44,655 bases of DNA from Kiritimatiellia bacterium (GTDB lineage: Bacteria > Verrucomicrobiota > Kiritimatiellia > JAAZAB01), in contig JBAYWJ010000001.1 of assembly GCA_041674125.1 (NCBI GenBank), forward strand, positions 1-44,655. The letters are read 5' to 3'. Position numbers and translations under genes: made by a program. Positions within the stretch are counted from its first letter, which is position 1. Each line of letters starts with the position of its first letter. Positions 1 through 7,838 of this stretch are shown piece after piece. The notes beneath the pieces are model-generated. The model worked only from the letters and a program-made list of their open reading frames with translations. It did not search any database and was not told where the DNA came from.

Positions 1-327
1 CGCAGAGGCCTGGCAGGGGAAGAGGCGCGCCCGTAGATGAATATCAACGCGATGGTCCAGAAGCAGAAAAGGAAAAATAAAATTGTAAGGGGGATGTTCA
101 GCGCGTCGAGCATGGCCCTCCTGCCTGCTGCGCCCGGAAAGGCGCGGGTGCGTTCATGCGATAAACCTGCCACTTCCACGAATGATTTTCAAGGACGTAG
201 TGGCAACGCGTTTGAGAGCGCCGGGCGGGCAGGCCGGGACATGATCGCAGCCACGAGCAGGCGCGCGTTTACAGGAAGCTTGGCGAGCCAGCCTGCTTCA
301 GCTATATTCTGCTCAAGGAAGGCCACT

Positions 328-1656
328 ATGTGTCATCATAAAAAAATGTCCGCAGGACTTGCGCTTGGCCTGCTGTTACCGGCGCTGCTTGGAAAAACAT
401 GCATGGCCGATGAAATCAAATATTCTCTCAAGGGTCGCATCATGGATACCAGCGACAACTGGCTGCCGGATGCGCGCGTGGCCCTGAATCGCGCCGGCGC
501 TGTCACCAACACCGACGGTAACGGCCTGTTCACCCTGGAATTTGCGCCCCCCGCACCCCTGGCGGCGGATGACAAAAATAATTATGACTACCTTGAAATT
601 GACAAGGAAGGCTACCAGGGGCGCACGGTCGAGATAAAGGATTTGGAATATTTCAGCCGCCCTGCCGAAGAAAAGATCGAGCCGGTCGCGGTGGGCGCGG
701 ACAACGTCGGCTTCAGCGTAAGGATGTATACCGCGCCTTCCATCCACAACCTGCCGGGAGCCATGGGAATCAAGGACGAGGGCCAGCCCATCAGCACGGA
801 GCTATTCGAGAAGGTTTTGGCGCAGAAGGAATCCCGTAAAACTTTCAGTGGACCGACGGAGCGCGTTTGGTTTCATGCCTATGTGCCAAAGGGCGTCAAA
901 AAACTCAAGGCCGCCTTCCTGATCTCACGCCACGGCATGGGCACGATAGATAATCCGGTTTTGCGGAAGTTCGCCGATGAAAACGATATTGCCCTGGTGG
1001 GGATCCTGGGCGATCCGGTCCAGCGCGGCTGCTGCCCTGTCAGTTTGCTGGATGAGCATATTGAAAAGCTCGCGAAGATGACAAACCATCCTGAGCTGGC
1101 GACCGTGCCGGTTTTCACATTCGGGCACTCCAACGGCACGGGCTTCGCCACGGTTTACGCCTCCCGGCGGCCGGAGCGGGTGATCGGGTGGATCTCGTAC
1201 CATTCCGGCTGGAGCTGGCAGCTGCAGTTTCCGGGCCTTGAAAAGGTACCGGGCCTCGTGATGCACGGCCAGAAAGACCAGTGGCTGGATCACGGCCAGG
1301 AGCAGATTGTGAAACACCTTCGTAGCGCCCGCAACGCGTCCGTGGCCATGATGCTGGAAGGAAACGTGGGGCATGGCCCGGTCAACGCCGTGGCCACATG
1401 GGAGTTCATCGTTGAATTTTGCAAGGCGGCCATGCGCGTCCGCCTGGGCGATGACGGGCAACTTCGGCCCGTGGCCATCGAGCAGGGCTGGCTGGGGGAA
1501 AATTACGACCGCGCAAAGGGCGGCCAGCAGGACCTGGCCATTTTTCCTTATGACAAATATCCCGCTGACCGCTCCATCGCCAACTGGCTGCCCGATAAAC
1601 AGTTCGCTGAAGCCTGGCAACTCTATGGCAAAACCGACCCGCGCTCCCAGAAATAA
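328..1656 (+). CDS. Secreted alpha/beta-hydrolase (esterase-like) with an N-terminal carboxypeptidase-regulatory-like beta-sandwich
   Basis: Lies in ORF 37..1656. The preferred start is ATG 328, preceded by aaggaagg, giving the signal-like N-terminus MCHHKKMSAGLALGLLLPALLG. GRIMDTSDNWLPDARVAL...TNTDGNGLFTLE resembles a CarboxypepD_reg domain. There is a nucleophile-elbow G-H-S-N-G (FTFGHSNGTGF), and later HGQKD and GHGP segments fit a Ser/Asp/His hydrolase. Confidence 0.6.
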   Translation: MCHHKKMSAGLALGLLLPALLGKTCMADEIKYSLKGRIMDTSDNWLPDARVALNRAGAVTNTDGNGLFTLEFAPPAPLAADDKNNYDYLEIDKEGYQGRTVEIKDLEYFSRPAEEKIEPVAVGADNVGFSVRMYTAPSIHNLPGAMGIKDEGQPISTELFEKVLAQKESRKTFSGPTERVWFHAYVPKGVKKLKAAFLISRHGMGTIDNPVLRKFADENDIALVGILGDPVQRGCCPVSLLDEHIEKLAKMTNHPELATVPVFTFGHSNGTGFATVYASRRPERVIGWISYHSGWSWQLQFPGLEKVPGLVMHGQKDQWLDHGQEQIVKHLRSARNASVAMMLEGNVGHGPVNAVATWEFIVEFCKAAMRVRLGDDGQLRPVAIEQGWLGENYDRAKGGQQDLAIFPYDKYPADRSIANWLPDKQFAEAWQLYGKTDPRSQK

Positions 1657-1933
1657 GATGATGCTTACCAAAAGTTCAGTCCCAGCTCATTATCCAAAAG
1701 CATTGAGATATGCAGTTGACATTCAGGCCCCCCTGGGGTGCTTTGCAGAATAATGAATATTCCTTTCTGCCTGTTCTCAGGTAAGGCGCCGTCCTTTTTG
1801 ACCTGCAGCATATTGTCCGGATCGCGCCGCCGGGAGGGCGAAGGAATCCCGTGAAACGCGGGACGAGATGGAAACTTGATCACACGTTTGGAGGGGTCAA
1901 TTGCAGGATAATCTTGAAAACAAAGGTTTAAAC

Positions 1934-2007
<74 letters not shown>

Positions 2008-2342
2008 TTGTATTAAAATCTTTTCACCGCTGACGGATCGTAAGACCAGTGGCCATTTCAGCCATGCGAGCCGGATTCAGTTGCGTATCGGGCGGTGCCT
2101 CTTCCTTTGATCTGTTTTTCAAGAGCCCGTGCGACTGACCGTGTCTCTACAATCTTGGAAAATACTTCTATCCAGTCATCTGTCTGACTTGTTCATTTAC
2201 TTTGGCCATGCACATGCTGGCGCCTGCGCTTTGCGTGAAACCGCGAAAAATACTGTATAATATTTGTTTAACTTCCGGGAATATAAAACATACACATAAT
2301 AAAGCAAAACTTTCATCTCCCGCATCATCCCGCTTTAACGCT

Positions 2343-2456
2343 CCCTCACCACCAGTCCCGCGCTGCGCGGGACTGGCTTGGAAGCTTGCGGCGCGTCCCG
2401 CGCCTGCTGGAGCTCTGCCTTTGATGGCGCAAAACGCGCCATAAACCTACACCCGC
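2343..2456 (-). pseudogene. tRNA-Gly-derived sequence interrupted by three ~21-nt GC-rich hairpin insertions, with the T-arm and 3' acceptor not conserved
   Basis: Four blocks are identical to the tRNA-Gly at 1934..2007, in the same order and strand: ccctcaccaccag (2343-2355), cttggaag (2377-2384), gctggagctctgcctttga (2406-2424) and ctacacccgc (2447-2456). They are separated by tcccgcgctgcgcgggactgg, cttgcggcgcgtcccgcgcct and tggcgcaaaacgcgccataaac. Each spacer contains a perfect 6-7 bp palindromic stem. Confidence 0.6.
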
Positions 2457-2694
2457 ATGGAAAGTTGGATTGTAAATATCATACGTCCGTCAAATCGTCA
2501 AGAAAGGGTTGGCTGGAACAAATACGGTAAATTTTCTCAACGATTAACTAGAAAGAAAGATAAAACCGTGGTCTGATATCTTTGGGCTGGCATGTCTAAA
2601 TAAAAAAAGTATAAAATCTCAAACTTAAAGCGCAAGATTTAACAAACCTTAATACTGAAACATTACCCCGGAAAACCGAATGACTGTCATAAGA

Positions 2695-3375
2695 TCAAAA
2701 ACGCTTTATGTTTATTGGATCATCGCAGATAAATGCATTAGTGATAGCAGGCACTAATATGTTATTGGTTGTCATGTCAGGGTTTTTGGTGGAATCCACC
2801 CACATGCCCGAACCGGAACAACGGACAAAATTACCGCCCATACCATTTGTGCCGCTAAGATGATTACCGCCCCAGGTGTTTACAAGATTGCCAAAATCAA
2901 TACTGTTCAGGCCATTAATATCGCATAACAGACAAAGGTTTCCGTCACTGTCCGACCGCCCGGCAATAAAGTGGTAACTACAGTGCGTTTCGCCTTTTGC
3001 TACGGTGTCGAAATCATTAGTGAGATCATTTGCCAATTTATGCATTGGGGTTGAGCGGTAAGATCCGGCGGCCGACGGGCAGATTAACATACCAGGCTGA
3101 AGTGATCCGGACATGGCAAGACTTCCGTTTGGTCCAACCAAGTTGGTCTGAGGGAAAGCTGGACGGAATGAGTCGCGCGGGTCAAGTCCCCACGCCGCGC
3201 AGGCCTTGTAGATACCGTTAAGGTTTGAAAGGCAGTTGATGCGGCGCGCGTTTTCACGGACGGCCCCGAGTTTCGGGAAAAGCAAGGCCGCCAAGATGCC
3301 GATGATCGCGATCACGACGAGCAGTTCCACGAGAGTGAACGCTTTCTTTTGAATTCTGCCGAATATTCTTTTCAT
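2695..3375 (-). CDS. Prepilin-type N-terminal cleavage/methylation domain protein (type II secretion pseudopilin-like, DUF1559-like)
   Basis: Start ATG at 3375 is preceded by GGAGGAAAAAGG. The N-terminus [34 protein letters not shown] is the classic pseudopilin leader plus hydrophobic helix ([14 protein letters not shown]). The C-terminal GGNHLSG...[14 protein letters not shown] resembles the DUF1559 tail. The gene is visibly AT-richer than its surroundings. Confidence 0.85.
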   Translation of the reverse strand: MKRIFGRIQKKAFTLVELLVVIAIIGILAALLFPKLGAVRENARRINCLSNLNGIYKACAAWGLDPRDSFRPAFPQTNLVGPNGSLAMSGSLQPGMLICPSAAGSYRSTPMHKLANDLTNDFDTVAKGETHCSYHFIAGRSDSDGNLCLLCDINGLNSIDFGNLVNTWGGNHLSGTNGMGGNFVRCSGSGMWVDSTKNPDMTTNNILVPAITNAFICDDPINIKRF

Positions 3376-3969
3376 CCTTTTTCCTCCCGGATTTTCTTTT
3401 TCCCGTGATTTACTCAGTAACACCTGTCAGTAATAAATAAAATATAAACTTTTACCGTATCATGTCAACAATATTTTGGATTTTGAACCTTATAGAAATA
3501 AATGTTGTCAAAAGACAAATTAGGTGTCATAAAAGCCCGGACCATATAGTGCCTGAAACACGAAGAAACTCGGAGAAAAATCCAGTCGGATCCGGACGGA
3601 CAAGAATATTTCCGCCCGAAAGCGGACCCGCCGAAGTGGATACCACGGAGATGGAGGAGGCACGGAGCAGAGATTGCTTGGAACCGGCTTTTCCTGGACA
3701 CAAAACCCGGTTCCAATCAATGACTTGTCATGGAGAAGCAAGGAAGGGAGCCCTTGATCATGATGGAATCGGTAAATCGCGCGGTTTTTTCCAATATCAA
3801 GGTCGTTTTGTCAAATTTGGAAGCAGCAGAATGCGGCGATCAAATTTGCCAAAATCTCCTCTTGATATATCTCCGCGTCTCGTTCTGTCTCCGTGGTAAG
3901 ATGATCCTATTCTTAAAATGCCCTTAATGAAGGTAGCAAGTTGGGTTGCGGGCTTAAGCCCGCATTGAG

Positions 3970-4779
3970 ATGGAAGAAGACAGCATGAAACCGGGGCTTT
4001 ACATCGTCGGCACGCCGATCGGCAACCTGGAGGACATTACCGCCCGGGCTCTGGAAACGCTGCGCGGCGCTGATTTTATCCTTGCCGAGGACACGCGCCA
4101 CACGCGCATCCTGCTGGACCGCTTTTCCATCAAAACATTCCTGGTAAGCTGCCACCGTTTCAACGAGTGCTCGCGGATTGAGTCCGTGCTTGAAAAAATC
4201 CGCTCCGGCAAGGCCGCCGCCCTGGTGACCAATGCCGGCATGCCGGGCGTCGCCGATCCGGGCGCGTTCATGGCGCGGGCCTGCCGGCAGAACAATCTTT
4301 ACGTCACGGTCATTCCCGGCGTCTCATCCGTCACGGCGGCGGTGGCCTTGAGCGGGTTTGGCGGCGGGGGATTTATCTGCGAAGGATTTCTGCCGCGCAA
4401 GCAGGGCGCGCGCCGGCGGCGCCTGGCCGGGTTGAAATCGAGCGACAAGCCCGCGGTTATCCTGGAGTCACCCTACCGCTGCCTGAGGTTGCTCGAAGAA
4501 ATTGAAGAGGTATTCGGGCAGAGGGAGATATGCATGGGCAGGGAACTGACGAAAATCAACGAGGAATGCCTGTGGGGCAGTGCCGCAGAAATCAGACTGA
4601 CCCTTGCCGGACGCGTGGCCGGCGCGCCGCAGAGGCAGATCAGGGGCGAGGTGATCTTTGTCATCGCCGGCGCCTCACGGAAGGAAGCGCGCGAGGCATC
4701 CGGTGCGGATGAAGACGCCGAAGCGCCCGCTGAAGCCGGCCCCGGGGCTGATCCGGGACAGGGCCCGGGAGCCAAATGA
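3970..4779 (+). CDS. rsmI: 16S rRNA (cytidine1402-2'-O)-methyltransferase
   Basis: GLYIVGTPIGNLEDITARALETLRGADFILAEDTRHTRILLDRFSI is the RsmI / tetrapyrrole-methylase-fold N-terminal signature. An alternative start is ATG 3985. There is a ~40-aa low-complexity acidic/Pro-Gly C-terminal tail. Confidence 0.85.
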   Translation: MEEDSMKPGLYIVGTPIGNLEDITARALETLRGADFILAEDTRHTRILLDRFSIKTFLVSCHRFNECSRIESVLEKIRSGKAAALVTNAGMPGVADPGAFMARACRQNNLYVTVIPGVSSVTAAVALSGFGGGGFICEGFLPRKQGARRRRLAGLKSSDKPAVILESPYRCLRLLEEIEEVFGQREICMGRELTKINEECLWGSAAEIRLTLAGRVAGAPQRQIRGEVIFVIAGASRKEAREASGADEDAEAPAEAGPGADPGQGPGAK

Positions 4780-4826
4780 ACAATTGATTCGGATCATTTT
4801 TGTGGTATATTGCAGGGTTTGCGCAT

Positions 4827-5543
4827 ATGAACAAGCACAAGCATCATCCGCAGGAAGAACACAAAAAAACCGCCGATGAGGCGCAGCCCGGCGCGCCGGC
4901 CGGCGCTGAGCCGGCCCCGGCAGCGGGAAACGACTCTTCCAAACCCGCCCGGCCGGCTGAAGCGGCCGAGGCCGAAAAGCTCAGGAAGGCGGAAGAGGAG
5001 TGCGCGCGGCTGAAAGACCAGCTCCTGCGCCTGGGGGCGGATTTTGAAAATTTCCGCAAGCGCTCCCTTCGTGAGAAAAATGAAATCTGCGAGAACGCCA
5101 ACGAGGCGCTGGCGCTCGATCTGCTGCCGATAATCGACCACCTACAGCTGGCGCTCAAAGCCGCTGCAAAACACAAGGCTAATTTGGCCGGATCTCCCCG
5201 GCCAGAGCCCGGGACGAAGACAGCTCAGTCCCATTTGACAAGCTCAGGACAGGCCGAAGCCTCTTTCCTGGAAGGGCTGCGGCTCATCCACGAACAGATG
5301 ATGAACACCCTTGCCAAGTTCGGGCTTGAACCGTTCGAGTCTGAAAAGCAGCCCTTCGACCCGGCGCGGCACGAGGCCGTCAGCTGCCTGCCTTCGGAAA
5401 AAGACCCCGAGGGCACAGTCATGACCCAGAGCAGGCAGGGTTACCGTTTTAAGAAAAAAATATTGCGCCCGGCGCAGGTGGTTGTTTCCAGCGGCAAAGC
5501 GGAGTTACCGCTGACCGAAAACAAAGAAAACTCCAATAACTAA
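4827..5543 (+). CDS. grpE: Nucleotide exchange factor GrpE
   Basis: LKDQLLRLGADFENFRKRSLREKNEICENANEALALDLLPIIDHLQLAL matches the GrpE coiled-coil/four-helix core. First in-frame ATG at 4827; the ORF track opens at TTG 4800. Low-complexity N-terminus. Confidence 0.85.
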   Translation: MNKHKHHPQEEHKKTADEAQPGAPAGAEPAPAAGNDSSKPARPAEAAEAEKLRKAEEECARLKDQLLRLGADFENFRKRSLREKNEICENANEALALDLLPIIDHLQLALKAAAKHKANLAGSPRPEPGTKTAQSHLTSSGQAEASFLEGLRLIHEQMMNTLAKFGLEPFESEKQPFDPARHEAVSCLPSEKDPEGTVMTQSRQGYRFKKKILRPAQVVVSSGKAELPLTENKENSNN

Positions 5544-5678
5544 ACTCCAAATCCCGAATAAATCCCAATGGACAAATTTTCAGCTATCAACATATCTTTG
5601 CTTGCCGCCTTTGAGGTTGAATTTTGGTTATTATTTGGAGCGTGGCATCCGGATATTGGAATTTTAAGGTAAACTCAG

Positions 5679-6839
5679 ATGGCAGCAAAACGCGACTATT
5701 ATGAAATTCTCGGGGTTTCCCGCTCGGCGTCGCTGGATGAAATCAAGAAGGTTTACCGGAAGCTGGCGATGCAGCACCATCCGGACAAGAACTCCGGTAA
5801 CAAGCAGGCCGAAGAGCGCTTCAAGGAACTTTCTGAAGCCTACGAGGTGCTGAGCGACGCCGATAAAAGGCAGCGTTACGACCAGTTCGGGCACGCCGGC
5901 GTCAAGTCGTCGTTCGGCCCGGGCGGTTTTGATTTCTTCCGCGACTTCACGCACGGCGCCGATTTCCAGGATGTTTTCGGCGACCTTTTCGGCGGGAGCA
6001 TCTTTGAGGACGTTTTCTCGCGCGGCTCCGGCAAGCGCAGGCCCGCGCGCGCCGCCCGCGGGGCCGACCTGCGCTACGACCTGGAGATCAGCTTCGAGGA
6101 ATCGGTGTTCGGCGCCGAGCGCGAAATTACCCTGCCGGTTTCCCAGGAATGCGGCGCCTGCCGCGGCAGCGGCTGCGAGCCCGGGCACAAGAAAGAAACC
6201 TGCCGGCGCTGCGACGGCCACGGCGTGGTGGTCGCCGCCAGCGGCTTTTTCCGCATCCAGCAGGACTGCCCCGCCTGCGGCGGGCGCGGTGAAATTGTCA
6301 CCCATCCCTGCCGGACTTGCCGCGGCACGGGCATGGTAAAAAACCGCCAGCAGCTTTCAATCAAAATCCCGAAGGGCGTTGAAACCGGCTCGCGCCTGCG
6401 CCTGGCAGGCAAGGGGGAAGGCGGGACGCAGAACGGACCGGCCGGCGACCTTTACATCATCCTGCACGTCCTGCCCCACAATATTTTCCAGCGCGAGGGC
6501 GTGGACCTCTTCTGCGAGCTGCCGGTGGCGCTTGAAACCGCCGCCCTGGGCGGGGAAGCGGAAGTGCCGACCCTTGAAGGCTGGGCAAGGATCAAAATTG
6601 ACTCCGGCACCGACACCGGCAAAATCCTGCGCTTAGGCGGAAAGGGAGTTTATGACCTCAACACCGGCACAAGGGGCGACCTGCACGTCCGCCTGACGGT
6701 GGAAACCCCCAAGAACCTTTCCTCCGCCCAGAAAAAAAACCTGGCCGAATATTGCGCGGTTTTGGGCGAAGACAATCATCCCTCCTGCGCCCGCTTCCGC
6801 AAAAGCGCCGAAGAATTTCTTAAGCACAGGGAGAAGTAG
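5679..6839 (+). CDS. dnaJ: Molecular chaperone DnaJ (type I Hsp40)
   Basis: J-domain [33 protein letters not shown] with the HPD motif; a G/F-rich linker; four CxxCxGxG zinc-finger repeats ([32 protein letters not shown]); and a C-terminal substrate-binding domain. Confidence 0.95.
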   Translation: MAAKRDYYEILGVSRSASLDEIKKVYRKLAMQHHPDKNSGNKQAEERFKELSEAYEVLSDADKRQRYDQFGHAGVKSSFGPGGFDFFRDFTHGADFQDVFGDLFGGSIFEDVFSRGSGKRRPARAARGADLRYDLEISFEESVFGAEREITLPVSQECGACRGSGCEPGHKKETCRRCDGHGVVVAASGFFRIQQDCPACGGRGEIVTHPCRTCRGTGMVKNRQQLSIKIPKGVETGSRLRLAGKGEGGTQNGPAGDLYIILHVLPHNIFQREGVDLFCELPVALETAALGGEAEVPTLEGWARIKIDSGTDTGKILRLGGKGVYDLNTGTRGDLHVRLTVETPKNLSSAQKKNLAEYCAVLGEDNHPSCARFRKSAEEFLKHREK

Positions 6840-6905
6840 CCGGAACCCGGCGGCCAGGCAGGGAAAGCTGGATGCGAATGCCGGCTCCCGGCTTCACCAA
6901 ATAAG

Positions 6906-7769
6906 ATGCACCGCTGTTTTTCAGACCCGGAAAACTGGAAGGGCGAGCTTGTTGAGCTTTCCGCCGGGGAATCCGACCACCTCCTGCGAGTGCTGCGCGC
7001 GCGGGCGGGGGAAACGGTTGAAATTTTTGACGGCCGGGGGCGCGTGGCCGCCGCGAAGCTGGTTTGCGGCCGCGAAGGCTACGCGCGCCTCGAAACGATC
7101 CCGGGAAGCAGCCGCCTGGTCCCCCCCGAGGCAATCTCCCTTGTCCTGGTCCAGGCCGTTCCCAAGCAGGCCGCGATGGAGGAAATTATCCAGAAGGCCG
7201 TCGAGCTGGGCGCAAGTAAAATTGTCCCGGTGACAACCGAAAGGACGGTTGTGAAGTTCCGCGGCCACGCGCGGCCGGGCGCGAAGACTGAACCGGACCG
7301 TTGCTGTCTGCCCGCGGACAACCACATGGAACGCTGGCGCAAAATCGCCCTGGCTGCCGCCAAGCAGTGCCAGGCGGCCTGGCTGACGGAAATCAGCCCG
7401 GTAGCCTCGTTGCAGGAAGCCGCCCGGAGCGCGCGTGAGGATTTGAAAATCTTCGGCTCGCTCGACCCGGACGCGCGTTCATTGAAAAATATCCTGACGC
7501 CGTTGCCGGCGGCCAAAAGCATAGCTCTGGCGGTAGGGCCGGAAGGCGATTTCACGGAAAGCGAGCGTCAGCTGCTGGCGGCGGAGGGTTTCATTCCGGC
7601 CGGGTTCGGCGCCCGCGTGCTGCGGGTGGCAACCGCCGCCGTTTTCGGATTAAGCGTGCTGAAGCATGAATTCCGGTCTTATAATGATTGTGATTCCCGG
7701 CTTGATCCGGCCTTCGCAGCCAAAGGCTTTGCTACGGACTTCGGCGAGCTCAGTCGAGTCGCGGAGTAG
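6906..7769 (+). CDS. rsmE: 16S rRNA (uracil1498-N3)-methyltransferase
   Basis: N-terminal PUA-like segment (HRCFSD...ELSAGESDHLLRVLRARAGETVEIFDGRG) and a C-terminal SPOUT knot region (AVGPEGDFTESERQLLAAEGFIPAGFGARVLRVATAAVFGLSVL). It carries a ~17-aa internal insert and a ~30-aa C-terminal tail relative to my recollection of typical RsmE. Confidence 0.8.
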   Translation: MHRCFSDPENWKGELVELSAGESDHLLRVLRARAGETVEIFDGRGRVAAAKLVCGREGYARLETIPGSSRLVPPEAISLVLVQAVPKQAAMEEIIQKAVELGASKIVPVTTERTVVKFRGHARPGAKTEPDRCCLPADNHMERWRKIALAAAKQCQAAWLTEISPVASLQEAARSAREDLKIFGSLDPDARSLKNILTPLPAAKSIALAVGPEGDFTESERQLLAAEGFIPAGFGARVLRVATAAVFGLSVLKHEFRSYNDCDSRLDPAFAAKGFATDFGELSRVAE

Positions 7770-7803
7770 GCCCGGGAATCCAGAAATTTATGAGAAGACT
7801 GGC

Positions 7804-7821
7804 TTCCCGCTTCCGCGGGAA
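7804..7821. terminator. Hairpin between convergent rsmE and the DUF2723 gene (possible bidirectional terminator or REP-like element)
   Basis: ttcccgc-ttcc-gcgggaa forms a perfect 7-bp stem. It sits between the stop codons at 7769 (+) and 7839 (-). No flanking U-run, so the terminator call is weak. Confidence 0.3.
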
Positions 7822-7838
7822 TGACAGAAGACAAGTTG

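Noticed and set aside
37-327. Upstream 97 codons of the first ORF (start at 37)
   Set aside because: The segment is Arg/Ala/Ser-rich with no function apparent. ATG 328 has an aaggaagg RBS and is immediately followed by a signal-peptide-like hydrophobic stretch.
2202-2444. 80-aa ORF overlapping the tRNA-like relic
   Set aside because: Its C-terminal half is just the translation of the tRNA-derived blocks and GC hairpins. No RBS, and low-complexity sequence.
3462-3899. 145-aa ORF (plus overlapping small ORFs) in the AT-rich spacer before rsmI
   Set aside because: No RBS, no recognisable motifs, and several mutually overlapping ORFs on both strands. It contains repeat-like strings. I also checked by eye for SRP RNA, tmRNA, RNase P and 6S hallmarks and found none.
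5544-5678. Possible heat-shock promoter or CIRCE element between grpE and dnaJ
   Set aside because: A TTGAA is present (ggttgaatttt) but there is no CCCCAT-like -10 element at 13-17 nt, and no TTAGCACTC/GAGTGCTAA inverted repeat.
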